Shown: positions 1 through 11,520 of the stretch, piece after piece | Numbering within the stretch: the stretch's first letter is position 1 | Layout of the letters: each line of letters starts with the position of its first letter | Assembly: GCF_006345805.1 (NCBI RefSeq) | Contig: NC_043024.1 | Location: 12,214,001 to 12,278,000, forward strand | Length of the DNA stretch: 64,000 bases | Reading direction: 5' to 3' | DNA from: Octopus sinensis | Lineage: Eukaryota | The notes under the pieces: model-generated | The model's input: the letters and a program-made list of their open reading frames with translations, nothing else | Databases searched by the model: none | What the model was told of the DNA's origin: nothing | Program-made: the position numbers and the translations under genes

Positions 1-539
1 AAGAAGTGTGTGAATCTGAGTGGAGAATATGTTAAATAAAATCACAATTGACTGATCCCCTTGTATTGCCTTTTACCCAAAGCTAGGAACTTTTCAGCAC
101 CCATCACATCACCTAAAAGAAGACATAGATCAAATATATCTTCAGAAAAAAAGTTGTTGTAGTGGGCTGTTAATGCAATCCCAACTCTCATTGAACATTG
201 CAACCATGTCCACATGAAACATGGTTCTCAATCTTGAAAATACCAAAAAGTTGCACTCAGTGATGGAAAAAGGCTATAATATACCTGAGGGAAATGCAAC
301 TAGATACTATTTGAACCAGAACCTGAAGACAATATGTCTCCAAATGAAATGGCATAACAAATAAAAATACAACCAAATAAACCAGCCACCAAATATACTA
401 AAAGGAAAGGAGAGCAAAAGCTACTGCATGGCAAATACCTGATTAGAATTATTAATCATGTTGTAGACCAAATTCTTAACTGCCAATTCAGAAACTATTG
501 TTATTACTAATAAGGATGAGTGCCTTTCAGTTAAGAATT

Positions 540-1330
540 GCCAGTGGAATGTTCTAAAAAGATGAAAGCAGTCCATCATGTTGCATATGCAGAGAACATT
601 CAGAGACAATTGATCCACATCATCTCTGGATGAGAACAACTGATACGAACATATTACTTGCAAAGACGTGGCAGTACAGTTCAGTATATAGACTGATCAA
701 GATGCCTCTCATACAACTTCCCTCACAAAGATGTAGGAACACAAGCCACATGTTGCTCAGAAGGATGGTGCTTCCATCCTTTGGAATTTCAGTGTTCAGA
801 CTGATCGGCAAACTCAGGCTAACCAGCCAGATATCATGTTCATTAAGAAAATCTCTTTTAATTAATTAATTTGTTAGTTGCAAAACCATTGACTGTGTGA
901 CACTGTTTTTCTATATATTGCAAGCTGGAGTAAACTACCACTATGTCTAGCAAACGAGTATCCACTACAAAGGATGATCAAAATAAGATTGAAATCACAT
1001 GATATAGTGGTCTCCAAGCTAGGATACTAGAAAGGTCTCCCCCCACATGCAATATATATCCTGGCGTTAAAATAGCAGTATTGTCTGTTCTTGTACAGTT
1101 GGCAATAAACATTACAACTAGATATATTTTTAAAAATTCATATTGAAAAGACATCTTTTGATGGATGCCGACGAAGCACATCTGTGAAAACGTCGAAGAA
1201 TGTGACATCTCAAATCAACATTACCTACAGCTATTGGGGAATTTGGGATGATATCAAAAGGAGCAAACAAAAATGCAAGCCATAATTTATAGCAACCTCA
1301 AAATAAGGTCCATTAAGGGTTCTTTACAAA
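540..1330 (+). mobile_element. Decayed 3' fragment of an R4/Dong-type (RLE endonuclease) non-LTR retrotransposon
   Basis: Frameshifted translations resemble the C-terminal CCHC/RLE region: ETID-HIISG near 612-640, TDRQTQANQPDIMFIKK near 800-850, and IG-LGMISKG near 1235-1262. Confidence 0.6.
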
Positions 1331-1384
1331 TCTTATGTAAATTCCTTTCCATGTAAATACAATCTTATTCATTAAGTCTTTTTT

Positions 1385-1560
1385 GTGGAGGCACATGGCT
1401 CAGTGGTTAAAGTATTGCACTCTTGATTGTAAAATTATGGTTTTAATTGCTGGACTGGGCAATGTGTTGTGTTCTTGGGCAAAACACTTCATTTCATTGC
1501 TCCAATTGATTAACTTGCAAAAAATGAATAATCCTTAATGGACCACCATCACATCTGACA
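1385..1560 (+). mobile_element. tRNA-derived SINE, decayed
   Basis: The head ggcacatggctcagtggttaaag is A-box-like. The body tgttgtgttcttgggcaaaacacttcatttcattgctcc recurs reverse-complemented near 6600-6750, 7140-7275 and 58140-58262. Confidence 0.65.
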
Positions 1561-1717
1561 GCAAAAGAAAATCTTGGTAAACACAAGCATGACCACAAAA
1601 GAAAACCTTTTTTTTCTTTGTTACTATTGTGTATATCAGATGATGAAGAAGAGGATGAGATGTTGTTTGGGAACAAATCCATCCAAACCATGCCAGCTGA
1701 TTGTTGTTGTTGTTTAT

Positions 1718-2640
1718 AAAGGTGGCAAACTGGCAGAATGGTTAGCATGCTGGATGAAATGCTTGGCAGTATTTTGCCTGTCACTACGTTCTGGGTACAA
1801 ATTCTGCTGAGAATCGACTTTGCCTTTCATCCTTTGGGTTGATAAATTAAGTACCAGTGAATCACTGGCATTTTATTTATTTATAATTAATTGACTAGTC
1901 CCCTCCCCTCAAATTTTGAGCATTGTGCCTATAGAAGAAAGTATTATTATCATCATCATCATCATTAAGGCTTTGAGGGTGGTCAACTGCCAAAATTGTT
2001 AGCATGATGGGCAAAATGCTTAGTGACATTCCGTCCGTCTTTACGTTCAAATTCCTCTGAGGTCAGCTTTGCTTTCTCCTTTCGAGGTTGATAAATTAAG
2101 TACCAGTCATACGAATGGGATGTAATTGACTATTCTCCTCCTCACAAATTTCAGACCTTATTCCTTTTGTAGAAAGGATTATTAAGGTTGCAAGCTGACC
2201 ATATCATTAGCATGCCAGGAAAAATATTTAGCAATATTTCACCAATCTTTACGTTCTGAACTCAAATTCTGCTGAGGTTGATTTTACATTTCATTCTTTC
2301 GTGTTTGATAAAATAAGTACCAGTTGAGTACTGGGGTCAATGTAATCACTACACTTCCCTTGAAAAAGCTGCTGGCCTTGTGCCAAAATTTTGAAACCAT
2401 TGTTATTGTTATGAAGAAGGTAACAAGCTGGCCGAACCATTGGACACCGGAAAAATTGCTTAGCAACATTTTGTTTGTCATTTTGTTGAAATTTAAAATT
2501 CTGCTGGGATCAACTTTATTTTTCACCCTTTCAGGGTCGATAAAATAACTAACAGTTAAGCACTGGAGTCTATGTAATTGACTAGCTCCATCCTACTAGA
2601 TTCCAGGCCTTGCATCTTTAGTACAAAGGATTATTACTGG
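1718..2640 (+). mobile_element. Four tandem, diverged copies of a ~235-bp SINE
   Basis: Units start at about 1718, 1977, 2184 and 2417 with aaggtggc/aaggttgc-like heads. They share the core gactttgcctttcatcc..gataaattaagtaccagt and end in attattat tails. Confidence 0.75.
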
Positions 2641-2796
2641 AGAATTTTAAAACATTAATAACTGCAATGCTTTTTAGACTCGAGGATTAATTTAAAATCG
2701 ACAAACTCTCCCCACTTCTCTCTCTCTCTCTTTCTCCATCTCTCTATTTCTCTCAGTTTTTCTCATGCATAAATTTCTATAGTAGGTTATACTTGC

Positions 2797-3009
2797 CTCA
2801 TCGCCCCAATAAAAGGGATAATTATTTTGGTCCTTATATTTTCTATACAGATGAACAAACTGCATTCTTGATTGGTCCTTAATATGTGGAATCAAGGGTT
2901 CGATTTCCTCCCATGTCAAAAAAGAATGGTCTGTTGCTGAAATCATTTTGAATCTAATCCACAAACGATTCTTACAACCAGTTTTGCTTTGTTTGATCTT
3001 CAAGAAGAA
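2797..3009 (-). CDS. Candidate 213-nt coding exon of an unidentified gene
   Basis: Acceptor is tttcatattttcttttatctccaattgcag|. A GC-type donor GAG|GCAAGT lies at 2797/2796. The length is a multiple of 3 and only frame 0 is open: FFLKIKQ...MISATDHSFLTWEEIEPLIPHIKDQSRMQFVHLYRKYKDQNNYPFYWGDE. Confidence 0.45.
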
Positions 3010-3264
3010 CTGCAATTGGAGATAAAAGAAAATATGAAACTGAACTTAATGAGCAAAAATTTTTTTATCTTATAAATATTTAGTTCTTTGTCTCTTAAAT
3101 GATTCCATATGCAGCAAAAATGTAATTTATATATATTTCTGCATCTTATTTAATGTTTGATGTAAATTACTTAATTGTCATATATATAAGTAAGTATGTG
3201 TGTATGCATATATGTATGCATATATATATATATATTTATATAAGTGTGTGTATATATATATATT

Positions 3265-3295
<31 letters not shown>

Positions 3296-3484
3296 TATAT
3301 AAAAGGGCTTAGTAAAATAAATTACTTTGCCGCATACTGAACTCATTAGAAATAGCAGCCAAAAAAAACTTTTCTAAAACTATTTCTAATACTTAAAGAA
3401 AACCTCTCTCATATAGTGTTTGCTCAATTCAACTCACGAAAGTATGGGGGTAGAGACATTAAAAAATCAAATGCAAAGGTTATT

Positions 3485-3537
3485 TGAGAACGTACGTTTC
3501 AAGATTAGTCAAACTCGACATTTCTATCATCAGCTCA
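3485..3537 (-). ncRNA. Minimal type-I hammerhead ribozyme-like motif, copy 1
   Basis: Reads TGAG-CTGATGA-stem II-GAAA-CGTACG-TT-CTCA, with stem I TGAG/CTCA and a palindromic stem III (ACGTACGT). Confidence 0.55.
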
Positions 3538-3780
3538 GAACTCCCTGGTTTGGATTTGAAAACACTGAAAGTGGGAGCATACCCTTTCGGCTTCTTCTCG
3601 CTTCTGAAGATCTGCTCGACACTAACAGTGCCAACAAACTCAAAAATGCAAGCGAAGAATTTCTGCTCTCCCCTTTCCACCAGCATGGGTTAAAATCAGT
3701 AAACACTATGCTTTTTTCGGTAAAATCCGCGGCATTATATAGAGAGAGATGAATTATAATTTCAACAAACCAGGGAGTTC

Positions 3781-3833
3781 TGAGCTGATGATAGAAAAGT
3801 CGAGTTTGACTAATCTTGAAACGTACATTCTCA
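3781..3833 (+). ncRNA. Hammerhead-like motif, copy 2 (stem III variant)
   Basis: Same core as copy 1, but GAAACGTACATTCTCA breaks the stem III C-G pair and the palindrome. Confidence 0.4.
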
Positions 3834-4335
3834 AATAACCTTTGCATTTGATTTTTTAATGTCTCTACCCCCATACTTTCGTGAGTTTAATTGAGCAAAC
3901 ACTATATGAGAGAGGTTTTCTTTAAGTATTAGAAATAGTTTTAGAAAAGTTTTTTTTGGCTGCTATTTCTAATGAGTTCAGTATGCGGCAAAGTAATTTA
4001 TTTTACTAAGCCCTTTTATATAATGTAATAATTTGAATTCGCCTTAAATGGTCCCTTTGCATACTGAATACTTGGTGAAATTGATTAATTAATTTTACCC
4101 TCAATTGTTGAAATTATAATTCATCTCTCTCTATATAATGCCTCGGATTTTACCGAAAAAAGCATAGTGTTTACTGATTTTAACCCACGCTGGTGGAAAG
4201 GGGAGAGCAGAAATTCTTCGCTTGCATTTTTGAGTTTGTTGGCACTGTTAGTGTCGAGCAGATCTTCAGAAGCGAGAAGAAGCCGAAAGGGTATGCTCCC
4301 ACTTTCAGTGTTTTCAAATCCAAACCAGGGAGTTC

Positions 4336-4388
4336 TGAGCTGATGATAGAAATGTCGAGTTTGACTAATCTTGAAACGTACGTTCTCA
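4336..4388 (+). ncRNA. Hammerhead-like motif, copy 3
   Basis: tgag ctgatga tagaaatgtcgagtttgactaatctt gaaa cgtacgtt ctca; identical to copy 1. Confidence 0.55.
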
Positions 4389-4675
4389 AATAACCTTTGC
4401 ATTTGATTTTTTAATGTCTCTACCCCCATACTTTCGTGAGTTGAATTGAGCAAACACTATATGAGAGAGGTTTTCTTTAAGTATTAGAAATAGTTTTAGA
4501 AAAGTTTTTTTTGGCTGCTATTTCTAATGAGTTCAGTATGCGGCAAAGTAATTTATTTTACTAAGCCCTTTTATATAATGTAATAATTTGAATTCGCCTT
4601 AAATGGTCCCTTTGCATACTGAATACTTGGTGAAATTGATTAATTAATTAATTTTACCCTCAATTGTTGAAATTA

Positions 4676-4843
4676 TATATATATATATTTATGTGTGTAT
4701 ATATATATATATATATTTATGTGTGTATATATATATATATATTTATGTGTGTATATATATATATATTTATGTGTGTATATATATATATATATATTTATGT
4801 GTGTATATATATATATATATTTATGTGTATATATATATATATT

Positions 4844-4904
<61 letters not shown>

Positions 4905-4962
4905 GCGTGTGTATATATATATATATTTATATATGTGCGTGTATATATATATATATATATAA
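4676..4962. repeat. Compound microsatellite [ttta-tgtg-(ta)n] repeated
   Basis: Directly visible; it is the source of the spurious YI-repeat ORFs. Confidence 0.95.
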
Positions 4963-4974
4963 AACGTATAAACA

Positions 4975-6150
4975 CATAGAAGTGGTTGATAGCTTCCGTT
5001 ACATAGGTGACCAATTCAATAATGGGGGTGGGTGCTCTGAAAGTGTAGCTGCTAGAATAAGAATAGCCTGGGCAAAGTTCAGAGAGCTCTTACCTCTGCT
5101 GGTGACAAAGGGCCTCTTGCTCAGAGTAAAAGGTAGACTGTATGATGCCTGTGTATGAACAGCTAAACTACATGGCAGTGAAACATGGGCCGTGACTACT
5201 CAGGACATGTGTATGCTCGCAAGGAATGAAGCCAGTATGATCCGATGGATGTGTAATGTCAGTGTGCATACTCAACAAAGTATAAGTGCCTTGAGAGAAA
5301 AGTTGGACCTAAGAAGCATCATATGTGGTGTGCAATAGAGATGACTGAGTTGGTATGGTCATGTGGTGAGAATGGACGAGGATAGCTGTGTGAAAAAGTG
5401 TCATACCCTTGCAGTTGAGGGAACCTGTGGAAGAAGTTGACCCAGGGATGAGGTGGTGAAGCATGACCCTAGAACATTAGGCCTCTCCGAAGCAATGACT
5501 AGTGACCGAGACATATAGAAATATGCTGTACTTGAGAAGACCTGACAAGCTAAGTGAGACCTTAACCTGTGGCTTATGCCTGTGGTGTAACCAGCCCACT
5601 TATGCATACATTTCCTTCATTGGACACTAAACCCTGCTTGCGAAGTTCTTTTTGAGGCAAGTGAAATTGTAATCAAATTCGATGACAGCACCGCATGACT
5701 GGCATGCATGCTAATGGAGCGCTAAGAGCACCATCTGACTGTGATCGCTGTGAGGGCCACTGACAGGCTCCCATGCCAGTGGCATGTAAAAAACATCATC
5801 CAAGCATGATCGTTACCAGTGTTGCTTCACTGGCACATGTGCCAGTGGAACGTGAAAAACAACATTTGAGCAAGGTCGTTGCCAGTGGGACTGGACTGGC
5901 TCCTGTGCAGGTGGTACATAAAAACACCATTTGAGCTGGCCGTTGCCAGTACCACTTTACTAGCCCTCATGCTGGTGGCACATAAAAGCACCCACTACAC
6001 TCTTGGAGTGGTTGGCGTTAGGAAGGGCATCCAGCTGTAGAAATTCTGCCAAATCAGATTGGAGCCTGGAGCAGCCATCTGGCTCACCAGTCCTCAGTCA
6101 AACCATCCAAACCATGCCAGCATGAAAAGTGAACGTTAAACGATGATGAC
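4975..6150 (+). mobile_element. 5'-truncated RTE-clade LINE (ORF C-terminus, 3' UTR and tail)
   Basis: [38 protein letters not shown] matches the copies at 16258-16914 and 34592-35188. It ends in aacgttaaacgatgatga. Confidence 0.9.
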
Positions 6151-7708
6151 ACACACACACACACACACATATACGGCGCACGATAGCCCTCTTTCAGTTT
6201 CCATCTACCAAATCCAGGCTTTGATTAGTCCAGGGCTGTAGTAGAAGACAACTGCCCAAGATGCCACACAGTGGGACTGAAGCCAAAACGATGTGATTGG
6301 ACGGCAAACTTCTTAGTTCATAGCCACTACATATTCAAACTGAAGTGTAACAAAAGATCTTTAATTAGAATTAAAAATTTGAGTAAAACGAAGTAATTGT
6401 GAGATCTGACCTGAAAGAAATTAACACTGAAGTAGAAATATTCATCTCCCCTAGATAAACCCAAATATATGGTTTATTACAAGAGATATTGGCAAAGGAT
6501 TAAAGGACCTTCTCAAACCATGGGTGCATAAAGCCAATTTCCTGAATCCTGTGATTATAAATTATGCCTTACCTAGACAGAGTGCCAGTCTGTGACAGGA
6601 TTACTCATGTTTACAAGTTAAGTGGACTGGAGTAACATGAAACGAAGTATTTTCCTCAATAATACAAGGCCTCGTCTGGTCTAGGATTCGAAACCACAAT
6701 CTTACAATCATGAATCCAACACCCTAATCATTAAGCCATGTGCCTCCACAGGTTATTTTATATGTGGATCATCCAAAGAAAATTTGTGTTGAGACAACCA
6801 TAAAATGCAAAATTCACTAACTTCAGTAATGTATGATAAAATTTTACACAAACAACCAAACTAATCATCCCTGTTTACTGTGAAACTATATAATTTTGAA
6901 TGCAACACCCTAACTCCTAAACTAACAAAAGTACCAACCTTCGTGATACTAAACTACTTGAGAGAGGCCCGTGTTTTAGCATACAAAATCCACTTGTTTT
7001 AAACATTTTGTATTTAATTTTGATCAAAGATGGATTCTCTTTTTAATGTAAGTTACGTTCTAAAAAAGTTAGAACTGTTTGTGTCCTAGGGACTCAAAGG
7101 GACGGTTGCTAGGTTACACGTAACCAAAATCATCACATTCCTCCTGAATGATGCCAGTCCATCATAGAGTTATTCTTTTACAGTTGAGTAGACTAGAGCA
7201 ACATAAAATGAACTGCCCTGCTCAAGAACACAATGCAGCACCCAATCCAAGAATTGAAACCATGATTTTGTGATCAGATGTGCAACACCCGAACCAACTT
7301 TGTCACATATTTGTACTTGTATTCTAAATGTCAACTTAATAAAGACAACCAACCTATTTTAAGAAATTTCTACTCTAAATTCTTGTATTGTGTTTTAGTA
7401 TGATTCAGTTCATATCTAGAATGTATTATAAGAACCAACATTGAGTACTTGACTGGTATTCAATTTTTATTGACCCAAGGATAAAAGACAAAGCTAACCT
7501 CATCAACATTTGAACTCAAAATTTAACTAAATATTCCGGGTGTTTTGTAACTGCAATAATTTTGTCAAACTACTATGTTAATTATTCTAAAAATTAATTA
7601 AAACGGATAGGCATATTCATTAGGAATATACTCAGTTTAGAAAACACCCACAAGAAATTGCCTGAAATATTCCAGAAATGCTACAGACAATTGTAAAGAA
7701 CCAATACT

Positions 7709-7915
7709 ATGAGGGGGTGCTGAACAGTTCTGACATTTGGTAACAGAAATTACAGGACAATCTGTTAATTATGATTTTATTCAACATATTCCCCTCTCAA
7801 ATTCACATACTTATTACAGCAGTCCTTCAGTTTTTCCAAGCCTTGTAAAAGAACTCTGAAGCTTGGTCTCCAACCACACCTTTAGCAACACCCTTAAAGC
7901 CAGGAACTTTTCAGT
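7709..7915. mobile_element. Mariner-type MITE, decayed
   Basis: Left end tatgagggggtgctgaacagttc and right end gccaggaacttttcag. The same right-end motif occurs at about 83-105. Confidence 0.55.
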
Positions 7916-8374
7916 GGAGACTAAGACATCAACCAATAAATACTAATTCATGTTAATTCAAAATTTGATTTACTATATAATTTAATTAATTATCATTTAA
8001 GATGTTAAATCATTTTAAATAACTTATAAACATAAAGAGGTCATTAATAAATTTAAACATGCTCACCTCAGATATTCACAGCTTTTTCTTATCTTGCTTG
8101 CAGGTATCTGGCAGCTACCAAAGGTATGTTAATTTAAACGTTAGAAGAGAGATACACTGCTTTGACAGTTTTTATACTCCCCAAAAAATGAAAGAACAAT
8201 GAACTTTCTCTATAAATAGTCATGTAACCTTATATCTCTCTTTCAACCCAGTAGTAAATCACATCTTGATACAATTCACTACTGTTTTTTCTTCTATATT
8301 TCTCTCACCACCTCATAACTTGTTACCTCTGTTTAAACATATTCTACATATTATTCAAGCATATATCATCGTTT

Positions 8375-8660
8375 ATCATCATCATCGTTTAAAGTCCGTT
8401 CTCCATGCTAGCATGGGTTGGACGGTTCGACCGGGGTTCTGGGAAGCCAGAAGGCTGCACCAGGCTCCAGTCTAATCTGGCAATGTTTCTACAGCTGGAT
8501 GCCCTTCCTAACGCCAACCACTCCGTGAGTGTAGTGGGTGCTTTTTACGTGCCACCTGCACAGGTGCCAGGCGAGGCTGGCAACGGCCATGGTCAGATTG
8601 GTGTATTTTATGTGCCACCGGCACGGAAGCCAGTCGAGGCGGTGCTGGCATCGGCCACGT
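8375..8660 (-). mobile_element. RTE 3'-UTR/tail fragment
   Basis: Reverse complement of the tail at 35560-35780, preceded by (cat)n. Confidence 0.85.
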
Positions 8661-8719
8661 ACTTTACAAACTACTATGTACGTAACATCCCTCTATAGGA
8701 ATCAACAAGGGAACTTCTG

Positions 8720-9250
8720 AACCGGGGATGGCCAACCTGTGGCACATGTAATGACTGAATTAGGTTTAGTGGAGTCTGCATGTGACAGTAAGATATGTAA
8801 CAGTATGGTTAAGGTGGAAGTAGTGATCACCAGTGTAATGGTTGTTGTTGTTGCAGATGTACAACATGAAAGAAGAACAGTGATCAAAGTTGTAAAGAAA
8901 TATTTATTTACTGTTACTTTATTTCAGGCCATACCTCAGCGGCTGGGGATCAATTTGTAAATCATGCAAAGTAAAGATGGATGTCGTGGACTTTCCATGC
9001 AGAGTTTGTGTTTGCGTTCTCGTCGTTGTGTAAAACTACAGAGATTGTGATGTTATAAAGGAAAGAACGTGAGCTACTGAAAGTTATGGAGTTGAGGGAA
9101 GTTGTGTCTCATCATTGGCTGATTGGAACCTTTTTTCTCTCTCTGGCTGTTTGTTTTTTATGGCTACCTGCTTGTGGCCTTGACTCTAGTCACCTCAGTT
9201 CACTAACTGTTGTTCTCACTGACTAATTTCTTTTATTTGGCACACAGGCC
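8720..9250 (-). mobile_element. Old interspersed repeat relic (probably Penelope-like); continues at 11560-12300 beyond the Tx1-type insertion
   Basis: gaacagtgatcaaagttgtaaagaaatatttattt is similar to 61585-61630, and 11720-11930 aligns with 61955-62160. Confidence 0.45.
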
Positions 9251-9339
9251 ATGAGACAGAGGGATCAGCACAAGGACAAAACAAAAAAAATTTAGGGGCT
9301 GGTGTTATGCATCAGTTAATTCATCTAAAAATCGAACAT

Positions 9340-11520
9340 AATGAAATAGGATGAATTTAAAAATTAAACGAAATATAGGGTTCGACCCGCAGGTTTTTCC
9401 CTTTTTTTTTTTTACTTTTTATAATAACTTTTTTATTATTGTTGTTTTTTCTCCCGTTTTTTCCATTCTTTTCCATTCAGGCCGGCTACACTAGCATGTC
9501 CCCCATTCACTCTCAACTTCCTTGCGACATTTGTCCCTCTTTTCTCAAACGTTTTTTGAGGCAGGCACCTTTTGTCCAGACTGATCTTTTTGGACAGTTG
9601 GTAGAAAAAAAAACTAGCCAACCCATGTCCGGAGATAAAGTTGCCTGTCTCAATTCCTCTTCCACGCCTCACCCTTGCTGTCCAATATGGCTACTATGCA
9701 GAAAAATGATGCCTCTGTTTCCTTGTTAAAGGAGGGAGGTGGCACAATCTTGATGATAGACTCAGTCGATAACCATACTCTTTCTGTATCTGACACCAGT
9801 TGTTCAACATAGGTTATCAGTCCCCTCAGTTCCTCACAATGTATGAAGGCATGCGTGACAGTTCCACTGACACACCCACACCTCGAGCGTGTGGGTGGCA
9901 TACCAGCACCATGTCTTAACAACCTCTCTCGAACTGGCAAAGCTGATCAGTAGCGCAACATTCGAGAAGGCCTGCAGCTTGTCCAACTTGGTATCTGTGG
10001 CAACCATAATATCAATTTTATGTGACCTGAGGTCGTCGAGGAAACAGGCTTGCTTCCACTTCGAGCTCAGGCCACGCACATTCAGACAGCCTACTTAATC
10101 CAGAGGGAAACGTTCTCAGTACCACTGAGGTTGAGACCACTCCCTTCGTCTCTTCTAAGGTGGGTTCCATCGGCGGGCCAAACTCTTTGGGCGTATCTGT
10201 TAGTTCACGTATATCTTTAGGATACCTGTTTTTTTGGTCCATAAAAAGATCTCGTGGTATTTTCGCTATACTGTTCGGGTTTTTAGGGTTACTTGTCCAA
10301 AAAATGTTACTCTTTAAATGGTGCTTAATTATCTCCATCATTGTGTTGTTCGTTTTTTTTTTTTAAACTATGGTTATCCTTTCTTCTAAATTGTGGATTA
10401 TTTCCACCTCTTCTTGATGAAATAAATTTTTCCTTTTCTCTGAATTAATCTTCTTCCTTTCCTTTTTTGGAGCCGCCTCTTTATTTGGTGACTCCGTTAA
10501 CTTTTTAGGCCTTTTTCGCAACACCGTTTCAAAGTTCATTTCTTCTACTACCGGTGTCACTTCGGTCGGTTTGTTTACAGGTTCGATTTCGCACAGTTGC
10601 CCTCTTTGTTACAACCTCTGTGACCAAGGGCACCGCCTCCTCTGTACTTCCCTCTTGTTCATTTTCTTGTGGTTTTGCCTTTTGTGGAGAGGAGTATTTT
10701 GACCACAGGTGCCCTTTTTTCCCATATTTGAAGCACTTGGGTTTCCTCCCCTCCACATGTAATGCTAACATGATATCATCTCCAAATATCTTTTCGGTTA
10801 ACTTTTCTAGATCGATCATTGCAGCTTGCCCCAAGACCTCCAGTGTCTGTTGTCTTCAATTTTGCGGAGCATCTCTCGTTATTTGGATTATGTCCAAGTC
10901 ATTTCCACCTGCGGGTGGATATTTTGAATTTTAATCCGGGACGTTCTACTTCCCAGATATAGTGGTAGCATCATAATGCTACTACTTTGCAAGGTTCGAG
11001 TCGATAATTCTTTTGCCTTCTCAATCGACTCAGACCTTTCCTCTACCATTGCGAATCTTGTACCACGCATTAGTTACTTTATCTGGCCCATTACTAGCCC
11101 GAGACACCTTTCAATTGTACTCTCTTCTAAGTGTTCAAAATGCATTTTGTTTTGTGTTGTACATTTTATAAACAATTGTACACTCCTTAGTCTTGTTCAA
11201 AATTTCGCCAGATGAGGGGTGTTGTAATCCTGCTTTCACCGTTTTCCTCACAAATCATTCCGCATAAAGCCTGAATTTTCTTTTTTTTTTGTAGGTCAAT
11301 ATTTCATTTCCTCTCACAACGGAGGCAAAATTTCTCTTTTCTTCAACAGAAGTCATTCTTTCCCCTTCAACAGAAGACATTTTCCAAAAAATTTTCACAA
11401 TTTCACAAAAATAGTAATAACAAAACAAGTTCCGCAATGGAGCGTAGTCTGCACAAAGGTAATAAGCAAATCCTTCACCTGTGGGAGAGAATAACAATTT
11501 CAACTATAAATATATGTAAA
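9340..11520 (-). mobile_element. Tx1/L1-type LINE, decayed, with most of ORF2 deleted
   Basis: ORF1 remnants include a zinc-knuckle relic (KPKCFKYGKKGHLWSKY). The APE start reads NVRGLSSKWKQACFLDDLRSHKIDIMVATDTKLD. It is followed directly by the C-terminal CGC..TVTHAFIHC motif, with no RT motifs seen. Confidence 0.7.

Larger units (their letters stand above)
3294..4676 (+). mobile_element. Penelope-like element pLTR array (inverted plus tandem copies), non-coding, within a (TA)n tract
   Basis: 3294-3551 is the reverse complement of 3767-4024. 4105-4580 is the reverse complement of 3294-3768. 3767-4110 repeats directly at 4321-4672. The repeats carry hammerhead-like cores. Confidence 0.7.

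Noticed and set aside
1385-1460. tRNA genes at SINE heads (also at 56795-56860 and 58215-58262)
   Set aside because: Only A/B-box-like remnants fused to SINE bodies; there is no complete cloverleaf.
3420-4453. Duplicated 110-aa ORFs (MLNSTHESMG...)
   Set aside because: They lie in the inverted pLTR copies, antisense to the hammerhead motif, and have no recognisable domain. The duplication reflects the repeat, not coding constraint.
4664-5158. YI/CV-repeat ORFs here and at 13519-13820, 14948-15250, 17867-18593, 23638-23832 and 44743-45414
   Set aside because: These are translations of (TA)n/(TG)n microsatellites, sometimes running into LINE fragments.
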